Assembly: GCA_051382295.1 (NCBI GenBank)
Contig: JBBCAW010000137.1
Span: 1 to 55,246 of the forward strand
Direction of reading: 5' to 3'
Source: Bdellovibrionota bacterium FG-1
Lineage (GTDB): Bacteria > Bdellovibrionota > UBA1018
Length of the DNA stretch: 55,246 nucleotides
The position numbers were made by a program, and so were the translations under genes. Position 1 is the first letter of the stretch. Each line of letters opens with the position of its first letter. The notes under the pieces are model-generated. The model was not told the origin of the DNA and did no database searches. It saw nothing but the letters and a program-made list of their open reading frames with translations. Shown here piece after piece: positions 28,678-40,350 of this stretch.

Positions 28678-29211
28678 TCACTGAGGCCAAATGTTCGCTT
28701 TTGGTCTCTCGCCTCTCTGAAGGGCTTCCTGAAATTCTTTGAGACGAGCTCTCTGGTCTTGCTTGACGGAACGCAGTCGAACGTCCTGTTCGCGGATCCG
28801 ATTAGCCCGTTCATCGGCCATCATCTGCAAAAAGACTTTGCGCCGCTCCATAAAGTCTTTGATGTAAGTCCGTCGGTCAGGCCCGTGAGAATGTTCCGCA
28901 AAAAATTTATGACGCGCATCTTTTTCGCGTCGCTCCCATTCTTTTTGACGCACACCATGAATCGCTTTCATTTCTTTGATCTCAAGCTTTTGGCGATGCT
29001 CAAGAGCTTTGATCTCAAAGGATTGCGCTCTTCTGAACTCCTGAAATAATTTGCGGCCTTCCGCCGCATCCATTTTTTCAACCGGCAACGCCTGCATGAC
29101 AGGATTGGTCTCCACCCCACCTATTTTTGACGGTTCTGGCGAATGAGCATCAGGATGAGCGTAAGCGATCCCGTGCGTGGCTAAAAAAAGGGTCAAAAGA
29201 ATTTGAATCAT
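28678..29211 (-). CDS. Hypothetical secreted charged coiled-coil protein
   Basis: Signal peptide (MIQILLTLFLATHGIAYA); E/R/K-rich helical body; ATGA overlap with the recJ stop. Confidence 0.75.
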   Translation of the reverse strand: MIQILLTLFLATHGIAYAHPDAHSPEPSKIGGVETNPVMQALPVEKMDAAEGRKLFQEFRRAQSFEIKALEHRQKLEIKEMKAIHGVRQKEWERREKDARHKFFAEHSHGPDRRTYIKDFMERRKVFLQMMADERANRIREQDVRLRSVKQDQRARLKEFQEALQRGERPKANIWPQ

Positions 29212-30980
29212 AGCCTCTCTACTGTTCGGCAATCTCGCACTCGAAAAGTGGGAGTCATTTTGCCACGAAAACGATTAATTTCCGGCACTCCTGCCCATTC
29301 CATTTCTGCCGCCCCAGAGGTCAATTCCGAGACATTCGCACGCTCCGCAGCATGAAACCAAATAGCCTCGATCACCGAGGAAGATATCGAAGACGTCAAA
29401 TTCAACTTAAAATGCCGGCCTTTAAGCACCGAATGGCTTCGAATGCCCGCCCTGATTGTAAATACCGGTTCAGGATTGCCGGGCCCAAACGGGCCCAAAC
29501 GCTCAAGTTCCTGAAGTGTCAAAATATCGAGATCTGCGACCGTACACTGCCCCTCAATATAAAGAGGCAAGGTCTCAGTGTCTTCAGCAATTTCAGACAA
29601 GGCATGATCAAAAGCCTCAGCAAATGCTTCAAGCTGATGATGCGCCACTGAAAGTCCAGCGGCATGTTTATGGCCCCCAAAACCCAGTAAATACTGGGCT
29701 GATGCCCTGAGTGCACTCAACACATCCTTGCCACCATAGGACCGCACACTCCCTTTACCAAAATCCTCTCGCAGCGCAATCACCGCCGCGGGCTTCCGAA
29801 AGGTCTCTGTCACTCGAGAAGCGACAATCCCCACCACGCCTTCGTGCCAGCCCGGATCGGCAACCACGACACCGTGCCGAAAACGCCCCTGCGCGATACC
29901 ACTCTCCACTCGAACACGCACTTCGTCCCAAATTGCATTTTGAGTCGAGGCTCTCTCTTCGTTGAGCCGCTCGAGTTCTCGCGCCAACTCACCGGCGCGA
30001 GCTGGATCTTCAGTGGTCAATAACTCAAGCGCCAGGCTCGCCGATTGCATCCGCCCCGAAGCGTTAATCCTCGGCCCCAGCACAAATCCCAAATGCCCTG
30101 GACTCACATCACGAGCTCCCAATCCTGCGGCCTGAAGCAAAGCCACCACACCTGGCTTGCGGGATCGCTTGAGCACCTCCATTCCGTGACGAACCAAGAT
30201 GTGGTTATCACCGGTCAGCGGCACCATATCGGCCGCCGTCGCCATCACCACCAAATCCAAGTGCTGCTTAAGATTCGGCTCCACACCTCCAGCAAACCAT
30301 TGCCGCTCACGCCCATAGGCACGAAGTGCCACGGACAGGTAAAAAGCCAAACCGCAGCCACACAACTGCTTGAGCCCACTTGGGCAATCCGAACGCTGCG
30401 GATTAATCACCGCCACGGCAGGAGGCAACCCCCGAACAGGGTCCAGCTGGTGATGATCCACAATAATCAGATCGATACCGAGTTCGAGCGCCTTCTTTGC
30501 AGCGTCAAAACTCGTGATTCCACAATCAACCGTTAAAAGGACCGCGATCCCATCAAGCGCCGCTTGCTCGATAGCCTGGACGTTTAAGCCATAACCGTCC
30601 TTGAACCGGTCAGGTTGAGTGGCATCAAATAAAAACCCAAAATCTCTCAACACCCAGCTCAGCAATGCGGCGCCAGTGGTCCCATCCACATCGTAATCGC
30701 CAAAAACCCGAACCTTCTGCCCGGCTTCCTTCGCCCTCGCCAAGCGCTCGACAGCCCGATCCATATCTTTGATCCGTAGAGGGCTACACAGAGACTCAAT
30801 TCGCGGATTTAGAAATTCACGAATTCCCTCTTCTGAGATCAAGCCTCGCATCACGCACGTCCGCAGTGTCACGGAAGATAAACCCGTTTGCTCTTTAAGT
30901 TGAACGACCAAGCGACTGATCTCTTCTTCGGTCGTCGCAAGACGGTGCTTCCACTCGCGAGGCTTTAATTCAGCTGACAT
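29208..30980 (-). CDS. recJ: Single-stranded-DNA exonuclease RecJ
   Basis: Motifs GDYDVDG, GYGL, TVDCG, DHH, ADMVPL, PRINASGR, GSVRS, GGHKHAAG, PFGPGNPEP. Confidence 0.97.
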   Translation of the reverse strand: MSAELKPREWKHRLATTEEEISRLVVQLKEQTGLSSVTLRTCVMRGLISEEGIREFLNPRIESLCSPLRIKDMDRAVERLARAKEAGQKVRVFGDYDVDGTTGAALLSWVLRDFGFLFDATQPDRFKDGYGLNVQAIEQAALDGIAVLLTVDCGITSFDAAKKALELGIDLIIVDHHQLDPVRGLPPAVAVINPQRSDCPSGLKQLCGCGLAFYLSVALRAYGRERQWFAGGVEPNLKQHLDLVVMATAADMVPLTGDNHILVRHGMEVLKRSRKPGVVALLQAAGLGARDVSPGHLGFVLGPRINASGRMQSASLALELLTTEDPARAGELARELERLNEERASTQNAIWDEVRVRVESGIAQGRFRHGVVVADPGWHEGVVGIVASRVTETFRKPAAVIALREDFGKGSVRSYGGKDVLSALRASAQYLLGFGGHKHAAGLSVAHHQLEAFAEAFDHALSEIAEDTETLPLYIEGQCTVADLDILTLQELERLGPFGPGNPEPVFTIRAGIRSHSVLKGRHFKLNLTSSISSSVIEAIWFHAAERANVSELTSGAAEMEWAGVPEINRFRGKMTPTFRVRDCRTVERL

Positions 30981-31972
30981 TATGACGTTTTTGGCTCAGG
31001 GCGAGCGGCATAGCCAGCCGTTCCTGCCTTGTTTGTGGGTTGAATCCCTGCTGCCTTCATCCTAGCCTCACGCTTATCGTGATAATGAGTAATGAAAATC
31101 ACGACCGAGCTGGCGATAAAAATCGATGAATAGGTCCCGACCACGATGCCGACCATCAAAGTGAAGGCGAAATCTTGAATGACCTTGCCCCCCAGTGCCC
31201 AAAGGGCAAACACCGTAAAAAACGTGCACAGTGAGGTCAGAATCGTGCGACCCAAAGTTTCATTCACGGCACGGTTGACCGCTTTTTCGATGCTCAACCC
31301 CGGATGCGCATGCACCGTCTCCCGAACCCGGTCGTACACGATAATCGTATCGTTGTTCGAATAACCAATGAGCGCTAAAAGTGCCGCTAGAATCTGCAAA
31401 TCAAATTGCTTCTGCGTGATAATAAAAACACCCAGCGTAATCACCGAATCGTGAAAAAGCGCCAAAACCGCGCCGGGCGAATACCGATAATCAAATCGGA
31501 TCGTCACGTAAACAAGAATGCAAAGAAGCGCATAAAACATCGACAAAAAGCCGCTCATCCGCAACGAACTGCCCGCGGCGGGACCCACGACGTCCACGCG
31601 CTGAACCTCAAATTCCCCTGCTTTGAGCGTTTTTCCAAAAACCTCGCTCACTTGCTGGGAGATGAGATTTAAATTTTTCTCTTCCCCTTGGGCCTTAATC
31701 AAAAACTGATGCTGGGCCGGTTCGCCAATCTCTTGAACTTTCACGTTCTTGAGACCGCCGTTTTCCATCTCACTCCGAACTTTGGTAATATCCCAGGTCT
31801 GGGGGGCTCGAATCTGAACTTCGGCACCCCCGGTAAAGTCGATTCCGTAATTAAGACCCTTGGTAAAGAGCAAAACCACAGTCACCAGCATCGCAACGGC
31901 TGAGACGCCCATCCAAAGTTTACGTTTTCCGACAAAGTCAATCTGGGTGCCAGGCCTAATCAATTCAAACAT
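30980..31972 (-). CDS. secF: Protein translocase subunit SecF
   Basis: Motifs GLNYGIDFTGG, VDVVGP, IGYSNNDTIIVYDRVRE, RTILTS, GTYSSIFIA. Confidence 0.97.
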   Translation of the reverse strand: MFELIRPGTQIDFVGKRKLWMGVSAVAMLVTVVLLFTKGLNYGIDFTGGAEVQIRAPQTWDITKVRSEMENGGLKNVKVQEIGEPAQHQFLIKAQGEEKNLNLISQQVSEVFGKTLKAGEFEVQRVDVVGPAAGSSLRMSGFLSMFYALLCILVYVTIRFDYRYSPGAVLALFHDSVITLGVFIITQKQFDLQILAALLALIGYSNNDTIIVYDRVRETVHAHPGLSIEKAVNRAVNETLGRTILTSLCTFFTVFALWALGGKVIQDFAFTLMVGIVVGTYSSIFIASSVVIFITHYHDKREARMKAAGIQPTNKAGTAGYAARPEPKTS

Positions 31973-31992
31973 GGTCAATTCTCCTCGCGGGC

Positions 31993-33717
31993 CTAAATGC
32001 TCAGTGTTTCAATGTTGCGACTCTCTTGGCGGAAAAGGTAGGCATCAAAAATCACCTTACACACAAAGACCGCTGTAAAGAGGGTCGTCACAATCCCAAT
32101 CAATAATGAAACCGCAAAACCCTTGATCGGACCCGTGCCGTACATCAAGAGCACCACGGCGGCCGCCGCATTGGTGACGTTAGCATCCAAAATCGTCCGA
32201 AAAGCCTTTTGAAATCCGGCTTCGACCGCGCCGTGCAACCGCTTGCCCGCACGCAACTCTTCTCGAATTCGCTCGTAGATCACGACGTTGGAGTCCACCG
32301 CAATCCCCACCGTCAATGCAATCCCGGCAATACCCGGCAAAGTCAAAGTGGCCTCGAGGCCAACCAAAATCGCCATCACAAAAAGCACGTTCAAGATCAA
32401 CGAAATCACCGCAATGACTCCGCTCACTCGATAGTAGAACATCACAAAAAGGAACACCGCCAATGAACCGATCAAGCTGGCGAGCGCCCCTTTTCGAATA
32501 GAATCTTGCCCCAGCGACGGCCCGACTATGCGCTGCTCGAGAAAATCGAGCTGAGCAGGAAGCGCGCCGGCACGCAGGACAATGGACAAATCCTTGGCTT
32601 CCTTCATCAGATCTTCATCACCGCCACGACCCAAGGTAATCTGGCCGCGCCCGCCGCCGATACGACTCTGAATCACCGGCGCGGAGTGGATAATCCCGTC
32701 CAAAACAATCGCCAAACGATGACCAATGTTGTCTGCCGTGAGCTTATCAAAGGCCGAGGCCCCACGCGGATTAAGAGTAAAACCCACGTTCGGACGACGA
32801 TTCTCTTGATCGATCTGAACCTGGGCATCTTGCAAATCATCGCCCGTCACTTCGGTGCGTGAAAACAAAAGGAAAGGAATCCGCGCAGGCGCTTCAGCCC
32901 CAGGCAAAGACTTTCCACGTTCAAAGGCAATCTCGTCGCCTTCCGGAATTTTCCCCTTAGCGCCCTCATTGATCTTACGAACATACTCCGAAAATTTCTG
33001 GCCTTCTTTAAAGACAATGCCATTGGTCTTTTCAACTTCAGCAATCAGCGCCTGAAGCTGGGCAGGACCCATGGCCTTATCATCCGCCATCTTAAATTCA
33101 AGTTTGGCTGTACGACCGATCAAATCCTTCGCCCGATCCACTTCCTTGACCCCTGGAAGTTCAACCACCACGCGATCAGTTCCCTGACTCACAATCGAAG
33201 GTTCCGCCACGCCGAATTCGTCAATCCGGTTTCGAATCACTTCGATCGACTGATTAATCGTACGATCGCGAACATCGCCGCGATATTCGCGCGCTAGACC
33301 TAAATCGAGATGTCCCGGGGTTTCGCCCACGATTCTGAGCGACCAGAACTCTTTTTTAACGAGATCATAGAGAGGCTCCCGCTTAGCCGGATCAAACTCC
33401 ACGGCCACGTGTGGATCGTCTACCGGCGTACCTTCGGTAACGGTCTTGACAGTTTTAGGGGCGAGGCCTTTTTCGGTGAGACGATCCCGCAGACTGATGG
33501 CCTGGCGATCGATCACATCCCGATAAACCTTATTAAAATCAACCCCCAGCACCAGATACAACCCACCTTGAAGATCCAGGCCCAAATTGATTTTTTGCTT
33601 AAAAGGGAATTTGGTCTTTTCAAGATCGAGATTGGCGACGGTCGGAAAAACATAAACCACCGACATGGCCGTCAAAAAGATAAGAACAACGAACTTTACC
33701 CACCAGTTGCGTGACAT
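31993..33717 (-). CDS. secD: Protein translocase subunit SecD
   Basis: Motifs LGLDLQGG, RNRIDEFGVAEP, LRAGALPA, GPSLG, TLPGIAG, DANVT, GPIKGFA. Confidence 0.97.
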   Translation of the reverse strand: MSRNWWVKFVVLIFLTAMSVVYVFPTVANLDLEKTKFPFKQKINLGLDLQGGLYLVLGVDFNKVYRDVIDRQAISLRDRLTEKGLAPKTVKTVTEGTPVDDPHVAVEFDPAKREPLYDLVKKEFWSLRIVGETPGHLDLGLAREYRGDVRDRTINQSIEVIRNRIDEFGVAEPSIVSQGTDRVVVELPGVKEVDRAKDLIGRTAKLEFKMADDKAMGPAQLQALIAEVEKTNGIVFKEGQKFSEYVRKINEGAKGKIPEGDEIAFERGKSLPGAEAPARIPFLLFSRTEVTGDDLQDAQVQIDQENRRPNVGFTLNPRGASAFDKLTADNIGHRLAIVLDGIIHSAPVIQSRIGGGRGQITLGRGGDEDLMKEAKDLSIVLRAGALPAQLDFLEQRIVGPSLGQDSIRKGALASLIGSLAVFLFVMFYYRVSGVIAVISLILNVLFVMAILVGLEATLTLPGIAGIALTVGIAVDSNVVIYERIREELRAGKRLHGAVEAGFQKAFRTILDANVTNAAAAVVLLMYGTGPIKGFAVSLLIGIVTTLFTAVFVCKVIFDAYLFRQESRNIETLSI

Positions 33718-33765
33718 GATGCACTCCTCGGGATGACTTCAGGTACTGCAGGCCAAGAAAAAAAT

Positions 33766-35904
<2,139 letters not shown>

Positions 35905-35974
35905 AATCACCGTAAGTAACCGAACCCAACTCGAGACACAACGCTAATGTGCTCAACCCGGCATCTTCATCGTT

Positions 35975-36328
35975 TCATTGAGAAAGCCTTCGAGCAAGCC
36001 GAACCAACTCCCCAGCTAACGGCCTCGTCAGTTGGAGTTCGAGACCGAGTTGATTAGATATCCACGGTACTATTAGATATCCCCGCAATGCTTCTCGAAC
36101 TTGAGTTCGAGCTGCTTCGAGTTTTTCATTCCAATGAAGAGTTTCTATAAAAATCACGTCACTCACGTCAACCAAGCGTTCATCAACCAGCAGAGTAACG
36201 AGGTTTCCATACACGGCCACTTCAATCAACGCCACTTCTGCATCCCAATCTTGGATCAGTTGATGGTAAAAGAGGTGGGCAATTTCAGAGCGTTCCTTAG
36301 ATGTCAGATGAAGTGGCTTGGCGCTCAC
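35975..36328 (-). CDS. Hypothetical protein, possibly 5'-truncated
   Basis: The ORF reads as natural helical protein from VSAKPLHLT to the stop; its upstream extension is the antisense of the HNH remnant. Confidence 0.45.
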   Translation of the reverse strand: MSAKPLHLTSKERSEIAHLFYHQLIQDWDAEVALIEVAVYGNLVTLLVDERLVDVSDVIFIETLHWNEKLEAARTQVREALRGYLIVPWISNQLGLELQLTRPLAGELVRLARRLSQ

Positions 36329-36329
36329 T

Positions 36330-36746
36330 AAAGGATTGCTAGCGCACACCCATCCCCATCTGGAGCTTTCGCAACTCATTGACCTCCTCGCCGATCGAGC
36401 GTTGCAGCAGCTCGATCCTGCGCGCAAGAAACCTCGAGCAACGAAGCAATCGCCTTGCACTGCAACACCGACGTCGGTGTCGCGGCGCCATATTCCGACG
36501 GAGATACGCCGGCAAGTTTGGGCGCGGGATGAGGGCAAGTGCACGTATGTTGCCACTGAAACAGGCCGCAAATGCGAATCTCAATTTGGACTTGAGATCG
36601 ATCATCGAACACCGCTCGCAAAAGGCGGAGGGTCGGATCCTGGTTCCCTGCGCTTACTCTGCCGACAGCACAATCAATGGGAGGCAATCCAACATTTTGG
36701 TCCGCACCAAATGGCGCGTTTTGTGCCGGCCATGAGACCGGAATGA
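36330..36746 (+). pseudogene. C-terminal fragment of a Bdellovibrio-type HNH endonuclease
   Basis: KGLLAH...LDP...RHIPTEIRRQVWARD..KCTY...C...LEIDH..P.AKGG...LRLLCRQHN; N-terminal half and RBS are missing. Confidence 0.75.
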
Positions 36747-36766
36747 TTCGACTGAAGAGTCCGTTT

Positions 36767-37624
36767 TCATCGTTTATTGAAATAAACAGGGTGATCGGTC
36801 TCAAAATGCTTAGCACGAGTCATCTCGCTCGGCGGAATACCGGGATTGTAATAAATATGCCCGACTTGATCGAGCGTATCCTTCAAGATGCCCACGAGTT
36901 TACGCATAAACATTTCTTCGGTAAATACCGTGTATCCATCAAAATTACCGCCATAAAAATAAGTGCCCGCTTCATATTGCTGGAAGGCATAAAAATCAAC
37001 CGAGAGCGGCAAGTGCTTTTTCAAACCTTGGTAATCGAGCACCATCTCATCATAATGCTCAGGCTGTGCAAAGCTCCAAGAATGAATCACCGAGGGCGAG
37101 CAAATAGCCCAATCTGAATACATTCCGTCATTCCGATAAAACACGGTATTTTTAATATCATCCGTTCCATAACAGCCCAACCCAACTCCACCAAAAAACT
37201 GAACCCCTGCTTTGAGTTTGACTCGAATAGGAATGGGGCCATAGGCAAAAGTCGAGATCGGCGCGCGCGCCAGGAAAAGGTCTCCCATTTCAGAGGCCCA
37301 CGGAGTCGCCTCCCCCATTGCTTGTTGAAGATTGCCGAGTTTCCCTGAAGTCCCCCATGAATAGAGCGTGTCTGGCCGGCACTTGGGGTCAGCGCTCATT
37401 TTTTGCCATACGTCGTGATCGGGTAGACCTGGATGTCCGGGACCTGAAATACAGGTAGAAAGATCAAGACCCTCATCTCCAATCGCATCTGCCGGAAGAA
37501 AAAGCTGAACCGGATCCTCAAGGGTCGGAGTTTGACCCCCAAAAGCAGACAGCGTGAAAAAAACCGACACGGTGACAATCTGCACCAAAAACCGTGGGGA
37601 CATGGCGGGGCAATTTATAGGCAT
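36767..37624 (-). CDS. Secreted hypothetical protein, candidate ADP-ribosyltransferase fold
   Basis: Signal peptide; TLYSWG...GDLFLARAPISTFAYG.IPIRVKL...YSDWAI in ART-like order. The CDS is secure but the fold is inferred. Confidence 0.65.
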   Translation of the reverse strand: MPINCPAMSPRFLVQIVTVSVFFTLSAFGGQTPTLEDPVQLFLPADAIGDEGLDLSTCISGPGHPGLPDHDVWQKMSADPKCRPDTLYSWGTSGKLGNLQQAMGEATPWASEMGDLFLARAPISTFAYGPIPIRVKLKAGVQFFGGVGLGCYGTDDIKNTVFYRNDGMYSDWAICSPSVIHSWSFAQPEHYDEMVLDYQGLKKHLPLSVDFYAFQQYEAGTYFYGGNFDGYTVFTEEMFMRKLVGILKDTLDQVGHIYYNPGIPPSEMTRAKHFETDHPVYFNKR

Positions 37625-37631
37625 GAGTCTC

Positions 37632-39533
37632 CTAAGGCGTATCTCGCGTCGGCATCACCACCACCCCACCGCGACCCCGCGGAATACGTCCCTCACTCGG
37701 AGAAGGAACACCGAAGGGTGGAACATTCGCCGACGACGAGGGCGCCGCCGAGGCCCCCGGAACCGCAGAACCCATACCCGCCCCCCTAGGGCGAGGAGCG
37801 CTACCCGCTGGAAAGACCGCCCCGTTCAAATCCGCGCTGGGGTCTGGTTTCTCGAAAAGGGCCTTGGCCAAATTCTCCATCCAGTGATTGTAAAGTTCCG
37901 CCGCTGCGGCTGGCGTCAGGGTAAGTCCCAAAAACTTCGTCACCTGAACCATCGCATCGCGTACTTCGTGACCCACATAGTTTTTGAACTCTTGCCCCAA
38001 ATGAGTCTCAGTAAAACGCTTCCCCACCACCGTGGAGGTTAACGCATCCATTTTTTGAATAAATTTACGGGTCGTTTCAGTATGGCGCCGGAAAAAATCC
38101 GTTTCATTGCTAAAAAACAACTGGCCTTCCTTGACGACCAGCGCATTGGCCGAATTAAACAGCGCGCGGTCATAGAACTCACCCCAGGCATTGAGCTGCT
38201 CTTGGGTCACCGTAAAAGGATCGGGCATATCTCTTGGCATCACGGCTTCGCCATCAACCACTCCCATGCGGAGATTGGCAAAAATCTCAAGCGCGCCCCG
38301 ATTTTCCACAAATTCGGTATATTTTACTTCGAGATCCTTCACCGTAAAATCCAGGCGCTTCTTCCAGGTATCTCGTTGCGCGGTATGATCCGCCAGATCT
38401 TTCTTGTTTTTCGATAGACCATCGGCTTTCATTAAATTTTCGAATTCCTCAATTTTGCTCTTCGCCTGCAAAACCTGCGCTTCATCCAGCCGAATCTGAC
38501 CGCCTTCGATCTCAATTCCATTGACCCGCCCCCCTAACGTATAGCAACGCTCCAGGGCTTTCAGGATCGACTTTTCAGCTTCCCAAACAATGCCATTCAG
38601 TGGAAGGTCCGTAGCCGCCGCTTGCCGAGCCCCCACATAACCATCCACGGTCATGAGCCCACGCAAATATTTTTGCGTCGACTCGATCGTGAGGTCGTTC
38701 AAATAGGTGTAAACGGCCGCGGGTTCATTGGCAAAAGCCCGCACCATCAACCGCATCCGCGTATAAGAATTGAGCACATCAAAAAGTCGATAAAGTCGTC
38801 GTAAACTCACTAAATCTCGAGATGTAAAACGTTTGCCGGAACGCAAAAAGAGACTTTTCCATTCGCCATCCGAAAGCGCCCAGGTTCGAAAAACGCCCTG
38901 GTAAGCTCGAGCCCGCAGCCCCATGCCCATCCAGAATGACAACTCCTGCTGCCGAAGATCAATTTCGCCGCCCTCGCTAAAATATTTTCCTTCGATTTCA
39001 GGACGCGGCGGCACCCTTCCCAACTCAATTTCTTGACGAGCGTGAGCATGGGGACCAACGTTGGCATCCACAAAAACAATCGACTCCCTCATCAAATCTT
39101 CCACTCGCGGAGTCTGAAAAGCCGCAGCCGCTTGATTCAGAAAATCCCGCTCCTCGGCAGTCGGAATCTCGCCGGCCTCGAGCGCCTCAGGACGTTTTCG
39201 AGCGACGCGAAACTTGGAAAACTCCTCTTGCAAGGCTTTCGCTCTACTCAAAAGTTCTTGCTTGAGCTCAGCCGATTGCGTCCAATTGAGCCTCTGCACA
39301 AACGAACGATAGGCGGCTTCAGAAACCTGTTCCCCCTCCATGCCAGTCATTCGACTGATCATGAGACTCCCAATCGCTGTTTTCCGAAAAACATACTGAG
39401 CGGTAAGGTCAAAAAGCTCAGACTGGACACCTGCTGCTGAAGCTGGGGTGGCTCCCCATAGGCTCGTCACTCCGCCAAACCCAATCAATAGGATCAGACC
39501 CCAGGCGATTTGTCTTTTGGCCAGTGAATTCAT
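37632..39533 (-). CDS. Large secreted hypothetical helical protein
   Basis: 633-aa ORF with signal peptide and Pro/Ala/Gly-rich tail; 7 bp from the downstream gene. Confidence 0.75.
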   Translation of the reverse strand: MNSLAKRQIAWGLILLIGFGGVTSLWGATPASAAGVQSELFDLTAQYVFRKTAIGSLMISRMTGMEGEQVSEAAYRSFVQRLNWTQSAELKQELLSRAKALQEEFSKFRVARKRPEALEAGEIPTAEERDFLNQAAAAFQTPRVEDLMRESIVFVDANVGPHAHARQEIELGRVPPRPEIEGKYFSEGGEIDLRQQELSFWMGMGLRARAYQGVFRTWALSDGEWKSLFLRSGKRFTSRDLVSLRRLYRLFDVLNSYTRMRLMVRAFANEPAAVYTYLNDLTIESTQKYLRGLMTVDGYVGARQAAATDLPLNGIVWEAEKSILKALERCYTLGGRVNGIEIEGGQIRLDEAQVLQAKSKIEEFENLMKADGLSKNKKDLADHTAQRDTWKKRLDFTVKDLEVKYTEFVENRGALEIFANLRMGVVDGEAVMPRDMPDPFTVTQEQLNAWGEFYDRALFNSANALVVKEGQLFFSNETDFFRRHTETTRKFIQKMDALTSTVVGKRFTETHLGQEFKNYVGHEVRDAMVQVTKFLGLTLTPAAAAELYNHWMENLAKALFEKPDPSADLNGAVFPAGSAPRPRGAGMGSAVPGASAAPSSSANVPPFGVPSPSEGRIPRGRGGVVVMPTRDTP

Positions 39534-39541
39534 AGACGAGG

Positions 39542-39570
39542 GGGATACCAGTCATAACGCCACGTGTCAA
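39542..39570 (-). promoter_or_regulatory. Putative sigma70 promoter for 37632..39533
   Basis: On the minus strand: TTGACA, 17 bp, then TATCCC preceded by TGG (extended -10). The -10 box is weak. Confidence 0.35.
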
Positions 39571-39624
39571 TACGAAATTCTTCTGGCATAAACTCTATTT
39601 CTATTATCAATTCCATGACTTGTT

Positions 39625-40302
39625 ATGAAGAAACAGTGGATCGTAGGCCCCTTCCAATGCAATTGCTACCTCGTCGTCTGTCCCCGCACGGGTGAAGCCG
39701 TACTCGTCGATCCAGGCGATGATGCTTCGGTCATTTTGCGTGACCTCGAAGGCCTCAAAACCCCCTCAGGACAGCCCCTTCGCGTGCGCTACCTTTTGCA
39801 CACCCACGCGCACCTCGATCACATCGGAGCCACGCGCGAAGTACGCGAAAAAATCGAAAATCTCGACAAAACAGCACCCAAGATTGCCCTTCATCGGGCG
39901 GACGAACCGCTTTACCTCAATTTACCAATGCAAGGACAGCTCTTTGGCCTTTCTTTAAAGCCGCCTTTGCCGATCGATCATTTTTTGGAACACGACGAAG
40001 AACTGCAAATCGGCGATCTTAAATTTTCGGTCATTCATACCCCCGGCCACAGCCCCGGAAGCGTCTGCTTTCGACTACACGCCAACCCTCAAGCGGGTAT
40101 TGCCGAAACGTTGCTCTCCGGAGACACCTTGTTTCAAGGCAGCGTGGGACGCACTGACGTCTGGGGGGGCGATTCGGAGGCAATGTTCAAAAGTATCCGC
40201 ACCCGGATTTTGACCTTGGATGACGACACGCTCGTTTGTCCAGGGCATGGACCGGAGACAAAGATTGGAATAGAGAAGAAGACGAATCCGTTTTTAAGGT
40301 AA
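39625..40302 (+). CDS. MBL-fold metallo-hydrolase (glyoxalase II/YcbL-like)
   Basis: Motifs NCYLV, VDPG, HTHAHLDHIG, HTPGHSPG, SGDTLF..SVGRTD, PGHG. Confidence 0.93.
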   Translation: MKKQWIVGPFQCNCYLVVCPRTGEAVLVDPGDDASVILRDLEGLKTPSGQPLRVRYLLHTHAHLDHIGATREVREKIENLDKTAPKIALHRADEPLYLNLPMQGQLFGLSLKPPLPIDHFLEHDEELQIGDLKFSVIHTPGHSPGSVCFRLHANPQAGIAETLLSGDTLFQGSVGRTDVWGGDSEAMFKSIRTRILTLDDDTLVCPGHGPETKIGIEKKTNPFLR

Positions 40303-40350
40303 GCCAACAGTGATTCAAGCCAGGCGATGATCCAGCCGATCAGTACCTGA

